NCBI RefSeq assembly: GCF_001194135.2
Contig: NC_068981.1
Span: forward strand, 3,004,676 to 3,068,675
Length of the DNA stretch: 64,000 nt
Direction: 5' to 3'
Source: Octopus bimaculoides
Taxonomy: Eukaryota
Shown: positions 49,850 to 63,428 of the stretch, in pieces
Layout of the letters: each line of letters starts with the position of its first letter
How positions within the stretch are numbered: the first letter of the stretch is position 1
The notes under the pieces: model-generated
The model's input: the letters and a program-made list of their open reading frames with translations, nothing else
Database searches by the model: none
What the model was told of the DNA's origin: nothing
Translations under genes and position numbers: made by a program

Positions 49850-50220
49850 CAATGCTACATGCTAATTAGAAGTGGGTTCTGAATACAGAGGGCATGTGAA
49901 GATCAGAAAGAAATGAAGCTGGCATGCTCCATTGGATGTGCAACATCAGTTTGCATGAATGCCAAAATACAAATAAATTGAGAGAAAAAACTAGGCATAA
50001 GAGGAATCAGATGTAGTGTGATGGGTATGGATGAGAAATGATGTATAAAGATTGCTTAACATTGATGAAACTTATGGAAGTGGGGAAACCTAGGAAAACA
50101 AGGTTTCCCTCTTCCATAAGGGGCAAAGTAATGAAAGTTGATCTAAGAACTTAGAATCTCATGGAGATGTCAAAGAATTGGGATGGCTGTTGATATGTGA
50201 TATGTGAGAAGGTCAACGCA
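49850..50220 (+). mobile_element. C-terminal continuation of the decayed RTE LINE
   Basis: Remnants resembling RNEASMLRWMCNISL and LREKLGIRGIRCSV; separated from the 48 kb fragment by inserted retroposons. Confidence 0.7.
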
Positions 50221-52429
50221 TCTCATTGAAACAAGTTCCGGAAGCATAAAGTGTATATACACCTTCCCCATCAACCATTCATTTCTCTATCACTGTTCTC
50301 TCCCATCATTTGCCTAACTGCAGTACTCTGCTGTTGTAATTTAATGAGAGCAAAACTACATATGTCATCATCATCATCATCATCATCATTTTCTGTGATA
50401 CCAGTTATCTTTCTCGTTACACAGAGCCACTTCACTTGACATCCATCCTTCTTTCTTAACAATGGCCCTCTCCACTCACATTTTACATTCATTACCCTAC
50501 CCCCTTTCTCTCCTCCTCTGAATCACTTGCTCCTATCACTATACATCTCTTGCAACCACCCACATGTTACCTCCCTTTTTCTAATCTTTCTCTTATCTGC
50601 TGTATTATTACTATTCTGCTCCTCTTCACTTCTTTTGTATGGCCAGTCAGTACCTATTCTTCTCAACCTTCCAACTCATATATATCGTCCATCACCCCTC
50701 CACCCTTGTTTACCCTCAATCTCTATAGTCATCACCTTACTCTCCCTTATCTTCCCTCCAACTCTCCTCTTCCGCCCACAGGGCTCATGCTGACACCATG
50801 TTACCACCATCTTTATTTCTCTTTCTAGCTCCATCTTGTATAATGTAAGAAGAAGAAATGCATATTCTCTCCAACAAAAACACTTGTTCTGACTCTTTCT
50901 TTCATATTTTAACCTTTACCATTTTTTCCTGTTTCTTACTTCCTCACTCATCCTTCAGGCACATCATATGTCCATACCCGTGCTACCCCCTCTCTCTCTC
51001 TCTCTCTCTCCCCCTTCCTTTGAATGCTCTAGAATATTCTGTTTTATATACATCATCATCATCATCATCTTCACCACTATTTACCAGCCATGTTCTTTGC
51101 TGAATTGGATTGGACGATTTGACAGGATCCAACAGGCCTGAAGACATCATGCTCCAATGTCTGCTTTGGCATGGTTTTTTATGACTGAATGTCCTTCATA
51201 ACACTAACCACTTTACAATGTGTACTGGGTACTTTATTTTCATGACACCAGCACTAGTGAGGTTTCCATGCAGCTTACATCACTAAAATCCCCTTCAATT
51301 GAGTAGAGCTACAGTAGAGAGGGAAGAAGTTTTAAGCTATGGTTTAAGGAGTTAAAGTCAGATAGAAGGGTCTAGAAGAGAACAGATTTCTTGCAGTAGG
51401 GAATATACACACACATAGACAATACGTAAAATAGTTTTTATAATTGTATTTATTTTTCCATTTTCTTTTGTTTAACACAATGACAGTCTACACAAAGATG
51501 ACACACCAAGTACTTACCTGGCTAATCTACAACCATTTCAGTTTAAGAGAACATCAAGAAAATGTATCTCTTCGGTACATTTCCTACTATTTTGAGCTCT
51601 GTCATGTAGTGACAAAATGTCTTTGCTAATCCTCTTAATCTCAGTCAGGTAATATTCAGATTTGTTTTATGTACAGTTGTGATTCCTTACACTAAGATTC
51701 GGTTCAAAGCAAATCAATAAAAGACATACTTTGAAGTTTAACCACTTCAAATATTTCTGCTTACATCATACAGCAATGGTTGTTTCAACATTAAGTACCA
51801 AAATATTCACAGCACATGAATCTGATGAAGTCTTGAATACATATCATATACAAATTTATTTCTCTCCAATGGTTTTTTTAATAATGTTACCTGATATATT
51901 TTATTTATTTATTTGAATTTTAGTGTTGTTGATTCAGGCAAATTTATGAAAAAATGTAATGGAAATAACCAAAAGAAAAAAAAATTAAGCATTTTAAATT
52001 TTGAGTAGAAAAATAAATTTGTATGTGATATGTATTTAGGGCTGATTTCACTCCTCATGTGGTTTCTTTTTATGTTCTTTAAGATGGAAAGAATTAATAA
52101 TATCAGAACAACAGAGGGTAAACAGAACATAAGAATCTACAGTGCCAATCACAGTCTCACCAACGTTGCTAATTATTTCCATATTGAATAAAAAAATTAT
52201 TGCTTTTATTTGAAATGTCTGAAATGTTCACAAAATGTTTTTCATTATTTTTTAAAAGTAAAGCTTTAGGAATGTATTTCTTTTTTGTGTGTTTTTTCTT
52301 TAGCTTTTTAAATATATTCTCATTTTTCTTACTCACATGAACAAATGTAGATCTATTTTCCACATCCATGCTGTATTCTGTCAGACGGTCAACTGAATCA
52401 ACATTTTGTGCATTCGTGACACATGAAGG

Positions 52430-52621
52430 CTAAGACAACTCAAAGCCAGTGTTTGAATGAATGGCATATCGTAATTTTTCCTTCAAAGTGCTCTTCTTCT
52501 GGTAGTTAGGCAGTTTAAGAAGATTGAAACAAGTTGAAGATGTTGGTAAACGACCAATCGGGTCCTTTTTACGAATATTGAAAAATCCTTTAAGAACGCT
52601 GCCAACAGTATCCCCGGTGTC
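52430..52621 (-). CDS. UBE3B: UBE3B terminal coding exon ([14 protein letters not shown]...[18 protein letters not shown]...NTGFELS*)
   Basis: TAG acceptor. 192 nt ending in TAG. The catalytic Cys of LPTSSTCFN is at 52529-52531. UBE3B-specific DTGDT.GSVL insert and GFELS end. Confidence 0.97.
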   Translation of the reverse strand, partial: DTGDTVGSVLKGFFNIRKKDPIGRLPTSSTCFNLLKLPNYQKKSTLKEKLRYAIHSNTGFELS

Positions 52622-53311
52622 CTAGAAACAAAAGAAGATTAAAGAATGAACAATGTACAAAGAAAAGTTTTAACTCTCAGAAACCTCTAAAACTCTACCC
52701 AGACATCTTCACCAAGTCTTTATCAATAAAACCAGTTGTGAGATTGCTCTAACTTTATATCGTTGCTATTATGCAAAAGTGTCGTAAGTCCAAAACATTG
52801 CTTTTTCAGAAAATGAAAAAATAATTTCACCATTCCATTTCTTTTAACATTAGCAATAACTTCAGTTTAACAATAATACTCTGTTGGGTGCATAGAATCG
52901 TAGCTCCATGCATGTGTGATATTTTCAGTCAGAAATATTTTTGCAAAACTGTCATATGTGGGACTTATACTTTTGAAAAATGCTAAACCATTGACAATTT
53001 TCGTATCTAAAGCAGCTGGAGATACAATAGTTTGACCTAAAGAACTGGCTATTGCAAGCAAAATTAAATATTGAAAAAAACACATTTGCTCAAATTTGGA
53101 CAAGTTATTTTACCAAATTCTTTGTTATATTTAAAGTAATTGAAAGAAACACTGAGCATCTCAATAGAAATACAGTAACAAAAGTTTGATCTAATTTCAA
53201 ATTCTTCCTTGCTCTACCATCACAAAACAACATTTGCTTCAACCACCACCACTATCATTATCAACACCAACCAACCAACCAACCAATATATATTTATTCA
53301 GCAAGTCTTAC

Positions 53312-53404
53312 CTGATCATCACTAACTTCTACACACCGAATGGAAAATGCAGGATCGAGTGTGGAGAAACCTAACAGTGGAGGTTTAGAACAGCTTGTGA
53401 CAAA
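53312..53404 (-). CDS. UBE3B: UBE3B exon ([31 protein letters not shown])
   Basis: TAG/GTAAGA junctions. 93 nt. FVTSCS.PPLLGF motif. Confidence 0.96.
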
Positions 53405-54099
53405 CTAATAAAGGAAAAGAACAAGACATGTGTCAGAATAAAGAATAAGATAACTGGTTGTTTCATTCACAATCATTAGTAACAACACCACAGGCATGTG
53501 TACAGGACTTGAAAACAAGACATGTATTTTTGAATACAAAATATTTTATTTATGAATACATCATCATCATTTAATGCCTGTTTTCCATGCTGGCATGGGT
53601 TGGACAGTTTGACAGGAGCCAGCTTGGTGCAGCCCTCTGGCTTGCCTGCTCCCGTCATATTGTCCAACCGATGCCAGCATGGAAAACAGACGTTAAATGA
53701 TGATGATGGTGTATTTATAAGTGAAAAATGAAACATATTTTATTGTAATTCTGAATGGAATGACTTAATAGAAGTATTGTGGTAGGTACCAACCTCAGGA
53801 TTGAGTCTAAGGCTTCAATCACTGAACCAAAGGACAAATTTATGGAATGGAATAAAATTGTAGTTATTTTTAAGAGTCCACAATGATTTCTAAATGAAAC
53901 ATTACAGAAACAGACAATAAAAACAGGATATGTGAGGAAAGGTGAAGAGCCAGCTACAAAACAGCCAAGCTTAGTGTTGAAATCTTACAGAAGAAATTCA
54001 ACTCAGATTATTTATGAGAAGCACAGGCTTTCCTGTTGCACTCAATAGGCCTGTGCATGTCTGTATGACTTCTTTATTGGACATTAAACTTCTCTGGCA

Positions 54100-54420
54100 T
54101 TCCGTCAATTACAATAATGAAAGTTCCAGTTGAGCCAATCAACGGAACAGCAGGCTCGTGAACATGCCAAGTGGTTGAGCACTCCACAGACACATGTACC
54201 TACCCTTAATGTAATTCTCACGGGGATTCTGTTTGACACAGGATGTGATAAGGTTGGCCCTTTAAAATACAGGGACAACTCATTTTTGCCAGCAGAATGG
54301 ACTGGAGCAACATGAAATAAAGTATCTTGCTCAAGGACATGATGTGCTGCTGGGAATCGAACTCATGATCTTAAGATCATGAGCTGAATACCCCTAACCA
54401 CTTAGCCATGTGCCTTCACT
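54100..54420 (-). mobile_element. tRNA-derived SINE family D (GTCCTTGAGCAAGATACT body), representative copy
   Basis: Head GTGAAGGCACATGGCTAAGTGGTTAGGG...GAGTTCGATTCC on the minus strand. Homologous pieces at about 1-120, 2960-3115, 10085-10290, 23440-23610 and 41110-41425. Confidence 0.75.
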
Positions 54421-54730
54421 CAGACATTAGACTTTAATCCCAAGATTAACATCAGACATGCTGATGGTTGTCCAATTAACTTTCATTGATATTGAATTCC
54501 TTTCAATATTATTTTAATAGTGAATAAAATAACCAAATGAAGAGCCACTCACTATTGGTCAAGACTGACCATGAATGTGTAGGCCTGGACAACATCTGTT
54601 GAGGAAGACTAGATCAAAGATGGAATGCATTATCAGTAAATCAGAGAGAGAGTCAGACAGACAGACAGACAGGGGGGGGAGAAGAATGCTTTAAAAACTG
54701 TAGAAAATATACATAAAAATAACTAAAAGA

Positions 54731-54932
54731 CAGTAATCCCTCGCTATATCCGCAGTTTATTATTTAAGCTTACATCGGTTCCTCTGTGGTGGTGTTTTGC
54801 ATTTATAAAACAAATATACACAAATTATAAAAATAATAAAAAAAACATAGACAGTACAATACTGTTTCTATTTCACCTATTGCAGGGGGAGGGGGTTGGA
54901 ATGTAACACCCATGATAGTTGAGGGATTACTG
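54731..54932. mobile_element. Second copy of the pogo/Tigger-like MITE
   Basis: The same TIRs (cagtaatccctc / gagggattactg) and the same internal sequence as 10294-10581. Confidence 0.7.
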
Positions 54933-55098
54933 CATATGAAAATATTTACATGGAATTCATAATTTACATGAAATTAAAAACATCATTAAATCATTTAGCA
55001 ATTGAATGACCATTGATCTGTGTAATCATCTTCAAATATTGATCTCTTTAATTATCACCAAATACTAGCTGACCCCTGAAATAGAAGAAGCAACTCAC

Positions 55099-55210
55099 TT
55101 TGAGGAAAAGACTTCTCTCATGAGCACTAAAGTCATGGTCCACGATATCCCATAACCAGTTGATTACTCTGTGGTTATTATGATAGCCACCATAATACTG
55201 AGTATGACGT
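55099..55210 (-). CDS. UBE3B: UBE3B exon ((R)[37 protein letters not shown])
   Basis: CAG/GTGAGT junctions. 112 nt, phase 2 to 0. HT.YYGG and WLWDI motifs. Confidence 0.96.
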
Positions 55211-56801
55211 CTGCAACGAAGGAAAAAAACAAGAATGATTCAAAACTTTGACAACTGGAGTCACTGCTAAGAACATTATAACTGCTCACATTATGTTGGT
55301 GCTATTATCATTATTATTATTTTAATTAGGGTGTTGAGCTGGCAGAATCGTCAGCACACCAGGCAAAATGCTTAGTGGCATTTTGTCTGTCTTTACGCTC
55401 TGAGTTCAAATTCTACTGAGGTCAACTTTGCCTTTCATCCTTTTGGGGTCAATAAATTGAGTACCAGTAAAATATTGGGGTTGATGTAATAATCTAGTCC
55501 CCTATCTCAAATTTTTAGGCCTTTAGCAGAAAGGATTGTTATTATTCTTTTCTACTCTAGGCACAAGGCCCAAAATTTTGGGAGAAGCGGCCAGTCAATT
55601 AGATCGACCCCGGTATGCAACTGGTACTTAATTTATCGACCCCGAAAGGATGAAAGGCAAAGTCAACCTCGGCAGAATTTGAACTCAGAACATAAAAAAA
55701 CGAAATTCCGCTAAGCATCTCGCCCGGCGTGCTAACCATTTTGCCAGCTTGCTGCTTTAAGGATTATTATTATTATCATCATTATTATTATCATCATTAT
55801 TATTACTAAACTCATCTATAAGTATGACACATTATTTTAGTATTTACATCTATACTATGTTTCCATTAGTTTTGATACGGTACACAGGCAATATACAGTA
55901 ATATTTGATATCACATACAATATACAACTATTTTTGATATCACATATGATATTCAATCCTTCGTATCATTCACATTATACAACAAATTTTACCATGACAC
56001 GCAACATACATCAGTCAAGAGACATTGACACCGAACATGAAGTACATCAACTTTCACCAGCATTCTGGGAGGAATTACAAATGTCCTTGTGCATTACTTA
56101 TGACATAAAAACATAACGAGATGAAGCAGCTGCTACACATATATAATAAACATACAAAGATTGTATTAAATCAACGAAATGTCACTCGAAAACCAGATGG
56201 GAGTCAAATAGGATCAAGGGAGGCAATCCAAATCGTATTGCAATGAGCAGCAGACAACCACACACCGGCTGTGTAGGTGCGACTTAGAAACACGCTTCCC
56301 AACTATGTGATTGCAGGTACAGTCTTAATATGAAACAACTATATTACACTGTAACCAGCCTGTGTTTAAATACCACACATACACACAAATAGTTTGTAGT
56401 AGTTATAACTAAACTCAATTTTCAATAAAATGTCAGACGCTATTTAACGCTACAGACTTAATATAAACAAACATATCCAAAAGTTAAAACAACAATTGAA
56501 TAACTTAATGACATGTGACACCCTTCTGGTGATACACACAGAGCACCCATGATGGTGCCACATGAAAAGGCACCTGTGCTAGTGCCATATAAAAAGCATT
56601 TGTGCTGGTGCCATGTACAAAGCATGGGCACTAAAGTGATTAGTGTTAGAAAGGGCATAGAAACCATGCCAAAACAGACAACTGGACCCAGGGTGCAGCT
56701 CCCCAGCTTGTCAACTCCTGTCACACAGTCCAATCCATGCTAGCATGGAAAACAGATGTTAAATGATGATGATGATGATGATGATGAAGAATATATCTTA
56801 C

Positions 56802-56984
56802 CTTAAGTCTTCTATGTCGATATCTCTATTGTCACCAGAAATAAGCTTCTGTAGTTCAGGAGCTGAGAACATATTGAGCCATTCATGGTTAACCACTGAT
56901 CGAAACCCACGGATGAAGGCAGCAGTTTGCTCCTTTATCTGGCAGTACATTCGAAAATGAGCCATCAAATGGACATAACGGATC
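56802..56984 (-). CDS. UBE3B: UBE3B exon ((K)[60 protein letters not shown])
   Basis: CAG/GTAAGA junctions. 183 nt, phase 2 to 2. Confidence 0.96.
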
Positions 56985-57836
56985 CTGGAAAATAATCAAT
57001 TGCATGAAGTAAGAACTTAATTAAATATTAATTAAAAAAGAATTAGCATATTAATAAAAAGTAAAAGAGTAAAACATCTGGTACAAACAATGTTTTAAAG
57101 TGATCATCATCATCATCGTTTAACGTCCGTTTTCCATGCTGGCATGGGTTGGACAGTTTGACTGAAGTCTGGAGAGCCAGGAGGCTGCACCAGGCTCCAA
57201 TCTGATCTGGCAATGTTTCTACGGCTGGATGCCCTTCCTAACGCCAACCACTCTGAGAGTGTAGTGGTTGCTTTTTACATGCCTCTGGCATGGGGGCCAG
57301 TCAGGCAGTCCTGGCAATGACCACGTTCAGATAGTGCTTTTTATGTGCTACTGGAATAGGAGCCAATCAGATGGTGTTTTTTTACGTGCCACTGGCGCAG
57401 GAGCCAGTCAGGCAGTCCTGGCATCGATCACGTTCAGATGAAGAATTTTACATGCCACTGGAATAGGAGCCAGTCAGGGGGCACTGGCCACAGCTACGAT
57501 TTTGGTTTGACTTCACTCAACAGGTCTTCTCAAGCATATCATATAGCTTGACACATCAGGGGTACTCTTAAATGAGCCAGACATGCAACACTGGCATGTT
57601 AATTTATGTTCCAATCACCAGCTTAATATTGACAAAATGTTTTTGCTAAATTCTTTGTTATTTACAAAATTAATTTAAACAAAGTGTATTTCAAAAGGAA
57701 TACGGAAAGGAAGGGGTTAACATGAACACCTGAGGCAGGTGATATTCAGTATGATGTCTGACATAGTTCCAGTCTACAATTCAAATAATATTCAAGAGAT
57801 GAATAGATGAATAAATAATAATGAAAGACCAATTAC

Positions 57837-57961
57837 TTGTTTTCATCTGTAACTCCAATAACTTTTCCTCCGGGTACAAGTTCATGTGTCTCAAGCCGAC
57901 CCATGCAATCTTCATCACAGGAAAATGTTAGATCTAATTCACTGACATCACCCTCATAATG
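57837..57961 (-). CDS. UBE3B: UBE3B exon ([41 protein letters not shown] + AA)
   Basis: CAG/GTAATT junctions. 125 nt, phase 0 to 2. HEL.PGG...VT.EN motif. Confidence 0.96.
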
Positions 57962-58081
57962 CTGAAAGAGAAGCACAACATTAGAACAGATGATAGATAG
58001 GTTCACATTTACTGACTTTCATAAAAGTTCTAAGAGGTGGTGGATGTGGTGGGGAAATGGGTGATGACACTTATTTGAAAT

Positions 58082-58762
58082 ACTAGCTGAGGTACCCGGT
58101 AAAAAATTACAGTTAATAAGATGTCTGTTTATAGCCATGAAACATTTTGTGTCAAATTTCGACATTTTTCTAAAATTTAAAATCTATATTAATGGATCAT
58201 CAATTTGACAAAAACATGAGCAGAGTCTGGTAGTGAACCCGTGTTATCGTCATTTTTGTGCATATGCGTAAAATGGCGAATTTTACGCTTTGGGGCAGAT
58301 TTCGTCAAATTTATGTCATAATGGCTAGTACACAAAATGTCTAAATTTTGCTTGAGAAATAAAATGGCCTTACCTAATCATAACCTGAAACGCTGGGGAA
58401 TTAAAACAACGAATTTAGCAAATCAAAACAATTCTCATCGAAATGCAGAATTAACAAATGCTAATTAGATTACCATTAATAAGCTGTCTGCTTATACCCA
58501 TGAAACATTTTTCGTCAAATTTCAGTATTTTTTGTCAAATTGATGTCATGGTGGCTAGTGTGAAAAATGCCAAAATTTTACAATATTTGAAAAATCGATG
58601 CTGATTAAAAATCGATTTTTTAAAAATTCCAAGTGTGTAAGTAACTACATGGGCATAAACCCCACACACGTGTCAAGTTGCATCAAGGTCCGTTGGATAA
58701 TCGCGGAGGAGTTAAAGTAACAAATTCACAAACACACAAACTTGCCATTTATTATTATAGAT
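58082..58762 (+). mobile_element. Non-autonomous Helitron-like element in a UBE3B intron
   Basis: 5' ACTAGCTGAGGTACCCGG and 3' ...cgcggaggagtt...acaaacacacaaacttgccatttattattatagat resemble the termini of Lep1/HINE-type Helitrons. Internal duplicated block catgaaacatt..gtcaaattt. No TIR or TSD. Confidence 0.6.
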
Positions 58763-61147
58763 TTTTGGCACAAGCCTAGCAATTTAAGTGGGAGGAAGTT
58801 AGTTGTTTGCACCTACCCCGAAACAACAAAAGGCAAAGTTGATCTTAATGGTATCTGGACTCAGTTCGTTGGTTCCACCTTGACGGTGCTGGTGCCACAT
58901 AAAAAGCACTCAGTCCACTCTGTAAAGTGGTTGGTGTTAGGAAATGCATCCAGCCATGAAAACCATGCCAAAACAGAGATCGTTGGCACCAAGTAAAAAC
59001 CACCCAGTCCACTCTGTAAAGGGCATCTAACTGTAAAAACCATTCCAAAACAAACAGTGGAGTTTGGCACAGTCCTCTGGCTTGTCAGCTCCTATGAAAG
59101 CATCCAACCCATGCCAGCATGGAAGACAGATGTTAAATGACAATGATGATGAACGTAAAGAGCTGGAAGAAATGTCTGAGGCACTGATGAGTCTGCCAAC
59201 TCGGGGCCACATGGATGAAGATAAGTCTTTCTAGTTTAGGCACAAGGCCAGGAATTTTGAGAACAGGAGAGCAAGTCACCAAGATTGACTCCAATACTTC
59301 ACAGGTGTTTTATTCTGTCAGCTCAAGAAGATGAAAGACAGAGCAGACCTCAATGATATTTAAACTCAGAATGTAAAAAGCTGGAAGAAATGCCACTAGG
59401 CATTTTGTCTGATGCACTGACATTTCTGCCATCTCACTATGTTGCTGTTGTTGTTAAATAATAATAATAATAATAATAAGGAGGAGGAGGAGGAGGAGGA
59501 GGATAACAATAGTGGAAAATGAAGAAGGTGAAGATAGTGCCAATTATTGCTGGTTCCTTGGGGACAGTATCAGAAGGCATCAAGGGAATATAAAAGAAAT
59601 CAGAATAGAGTGCCCAGTTACAAAAGGTTTTCCTCCTTGGCACAGCCAGAATAATCAGGAAAGTATTAGACAGTTGAAAAGAATAGATAGCATGGTACTG
59701 GTAGGCTGTGGGTAGCAAGCCCACTATGCATGCAAGACTCCAGGAGTTACAACAAAACCTGAGATAAAAAGAAATAATAATATCGTCAACATTGATGGAG
59801 ATTGTGAAAGAACAGCAAGAGATATTTTATGAACCAAGGATGCAAGTGTGTAACCACTCAACCTGCATAAAAATAGTAGCCAAATTTCCATCAAATCACA
59901 ACATAACATCTTAAGAAAAAAATGCACTAGAAAAAAGAACGCATATTGTCTTGGGCAAGAAGCAAGAGGGCCATGGTTGTGACGTCTTCAATAAAAGTCT
60001 GTTTGATCAGAACTGATTAGAGACTTGTCAAGAATATTAACATCATTAAAAATGACATGGATAATTTAATAGCAGTAACTGAATGACTTGGTTAGTGGTA
60101 CTACATACTCTGGGATCATCACCTCCATTTTCCAAGAAATGGGTCAGCAGAAATGGTAGAAGTTGAAACTAAATGTCTTCCATGTCTACTTCCATCCATT
60201 TAACATCATCATCATCATTCAACGTCCATTTTCCACACGGGTATGGGCTGGACAGTTTGACAGGAGCTGGCAAGCCAGAGAGCTACACCGAACTCCAATT
60301 GTCTGCTCTGGTAAGGTTTCTACAGCTGAATGCCCTTCCTAATGCCAACCACTTCCCAGAGTGTACTGGGGGGCCTTTTATGTGTCACCAGTACCAGTGC
60401 CTTACATATGGCACCAGCATCGGTACTTTATACGTAGAACCAGTACAGATGCTTTTTACATGGCTCCAGCACCCATGGGCTCACAAGACAAGGACCTTAC
60501 AAATGAGAGATGGAGTGGAAACAAGAGATTAGAGTATGATAGAGGGACAGAGGTAGCCCTCTTACTATGAAGGAGATACTTGGCTACATCAGTAAGACCT
60601 TATTTTGAATTCCACCAATATCAACTATGGTCAAGTTATAGTCCTTTTCTGGTCACCCCCTTGGGAATGATTCAAAGGACTTATGGCTTCACATAAAAAA
60701 TCTGTGACCTTGTACCAATGTATGAAATCAATGTTTCAAATAGTGAATTTCTCTGTAGCAATGGGTCTTTTTCTCTTAAATATTATATCTGATAAGTAGA
60801 AATTACTAGTCTTTGGACTTATTCTAATTTCAGATTTTATTTATTTGAAAAAATCTTGAAGATTGTTTAAATCAAAAATAGAAACTGGACAGCAAAAACA
60901 TGCTTTCACACCAGGCATTATATTTTGTAAACGATTGATTTTAAAACCACAGAGTTAAAAGTAATTGATGATGATAATGATGGTAGCGGTGGCGACAAAA
61001 ATGATGATGGTGAAGAAACATGAAAATATAGAATTATAATTAAAACAAACTTCAACTATGTTAGATTGAATTGTATCAAAATGAGTTTGTTAAAATGATG
61101 GGAAATATTTACAGGGTTTATTGAATAAATGTAAAGTATATACAAAC

Positions 61148-61285
61148 CTTGAGGTATGAAAGACTTTTGGCAAGCTCTGGGTCTAAAGATGGTAATTCAT
61201 CAAGGGAACTGTAGGTTGAACTCTGCTGATGGCCAAGAATTTGTGTCAGGAAGAATGGAGCAAACGGCACATCAACAACAATACC
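61148..61285 (-). CDS. UBE3B: UBE3B exon ([46 protein letters not shown])
   Basis: CAG/GTTTGT junctions. 138 nt. GIVVDVPFA and DELPSLD motifs. Confidence 0.96.
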
Positions 61286-62154
61286 CTGTCAACAAACAAA
61301 ACCAGATCAGAAATTCTTCTAAACAAATTTTCATTTCAAATATTTCACAGAATAGCTTTTTGTATTCCTTCAGATGTTTCAGGCCTAACGGCTGTGGCCA
61401 TGCTGGGGCACCGGTATCAACAATCTACTGATGTTTCAGTCTGGTGGTTTCCTACACTATATTGATGAAAATTTAATAATTTCTACCCTATCATTATAGC
61501 ATCAATCTATATTCCCAATTTGTCTTGAATCCAATATTGGCTTTATGCTCCTCAATTGGACAATGTTAAAATTATATAAAATCGAAATTTTAGAACATCT
61601 CTTACAATTAAGAATCAAACTGAATCCAGAGGCCAATAAAAAACAGATGGATTGTGAAATTAATAAGTTTGTTTATTTATCTCATTAATTGGAAAACTGA
61701 TGCAATGTAAAATCATAAATGCACACAGGCCAAGCTGTAGCTGAGTTAAGAAGCTCTTTCTTCCTAACCATAAACTCTTGGGTTCAGTTCCACTGTATTG
61801 CACCTTGGGCATCTTTTTTCTACAATAGCCACAGGCTGGCCAATGTCTTGTAAGTGGATTTGGCAGAGGGAAACTGAAAAGAAGCTCATTGTGTATGTGT
61901 GTGTGTTTTTCCATGTATAGTCTTGTCTTCACATGAAAAATACGGAATATTTAAGAGAGGAGTTATACAAAGGAGAAATAAAGAGATAAGTTGTTCTATG
62001 TAGACAAGAATGACGAGCAAATTCATGTTGGAATCTGCTGGAACATATGAAGAATGAATATGTATATCATTTTTGCTGCTTTATCTAATGATATTTAAAG
62101 TTACCCATGTCATGATGGATAACACTCCAGGATATATATTCTGAGAAAATTTAC

Positions 62155-62262
62155 CTCATAGACAGCTTTTCCTAACATCCGTCCCAGAAAATCAAAAAGT
62201 GCTAAGTGATCTTCTTGAATGTAGGATGTTGATGAAGGATACAGCTTTTGTTCACTAGTTGC
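62155..62262 (-). CDS. UBE3B: UBE3B exon ([36 protein letters not shown])
   Basis: CAG/GTAAAT junctions. 108 nt. HECT N-lobe motif [11 protein letters not shown]. Confidence 0.96.
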
Positions 62263-62890
62263 CTGCAAAGAAAATTTTAAACATGAACTTTCGTTAAAGG
62301 CTTGTCTTGAAAATATTCATAACCAAAGAGCTGCTATTTCCACCAGGAATTGCTACAACCAAAGAACAAATACAACTGCAGAAATTCGCTTTTATCTTTC
62401 TTGTAAAACAAAACTGGTACAGCGTCATCTCAAATTGGTTGGTTAAATGAACCATTAATAGCTTCAGATACTGACCAAGTAGTATTTAGATTTTGAAGGT
62501 ATTTTGTTGTCACTGTCAATGAAAATTGAGTTGTAATATAAATATATACAAACAAAAAAAAATCAGATGTGAGAGGCAAAAGAAGATTAATATTCCATAT
62601 GGTTACAGTTGTTTCATCATTTACTCCAAGTTACATTAACTTTGATGCACAGGTACATATACAATATATATGCAGCACATGCACATTATATACATGTATG
62701 TACACCTATATATGCACACACAATATCGTACAATACAATTCCATAGTCATACAATGGTGCACTTTTTTATTCATTCTTAATTTGAAAAGATTTATAAAAA
62801 AAAATCAATGTTCAAATTGCATTTTGGCAACCAAACTCAGCATTTGTCAAGTTAAGAGTGAACACGACAAATGCTATTAAAGATATTTAA

Positions 62891-63101
62891 CCCTTTAACA
62901 TTCAAACTGGCCGAAATATTTTACCATGTTTTATGTTCAAGCTGGCCAGATCTGGCTTCTCACACCAACCCTACAATGTTATTCTAAAAATAAACAATCA
63001 CACCCTAAAAGTCTTGAAGCTACATGATCCTGCGTGATCAATTCAAAATGATTTGAATAAACAAGAATTACATTTGACAGAATAATCTGAATGCTGAGGG
63101 G
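62891..63101. mobile_element. piggyBac-like MITE
   Basis: TTAA on both sides (62887-62890 and 63102-63105). Imperfect TIRs ccctttaacattca / tgaatgctgagggg. An end-less homologous copy lies at about 29755-29955. Confidence 0.7.
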
Positions 63102-63329
63102 TTAAAAAAAACATTTTGAGTGAAGTCATTTATCCTGGCCATAATGGCTGATAGGATACCAAAGAAAGCAATGCTCGAGGGTCATCCTGATGGATTAACT
63201 AATATTAACAACAAACAAGATGAGGACAAATATCCGTCAAATGCAAATAATGTAAATAATGTAATATTAAACCAGTTTAAAATTAGGAATTTGTCATGTT
63301 TATTTATATTTTGAAGAATAATTTCTTAC

Positions 63330-63428
63330 CTTGAATAGACTCAAAGATGGATCAAATACCCTTGAAATAGTTTCCTCTAAAAATTCTTTAAATACGCCAT
63401 CTTGATCAATTCCTGCCTCATCTAAACC
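63330..63428 (-). CDS. UBE3B: UBE3B HECT E3 ligase internal exon ([33 protein letters not shown]); upstream exons lie beyond the window
   Basis: CAG acceptor and GTAAGA donor. 99 nt. [14 protein letters not shown] is the UBE3B form of the motif (UBE3C has DGGGIFREF). Confidence 0.96.

Noticed and set aside
52867-53103. 78-aa ORF with a hydrophobic N-terminus inside the last UBE3B intron
   Set aside because: No recognisable homology, no splice or poly(A) support, and a length expected by chance in AT-rich DNA.
19251-63428. BolA1-TECR-UBE3B as a functional gene cluster
   Set aside because: The three act in unrelated pathways (Fe-S assembly, fatty acid elongation, ubiquitination), and nothing in the sequence indicates co-function.
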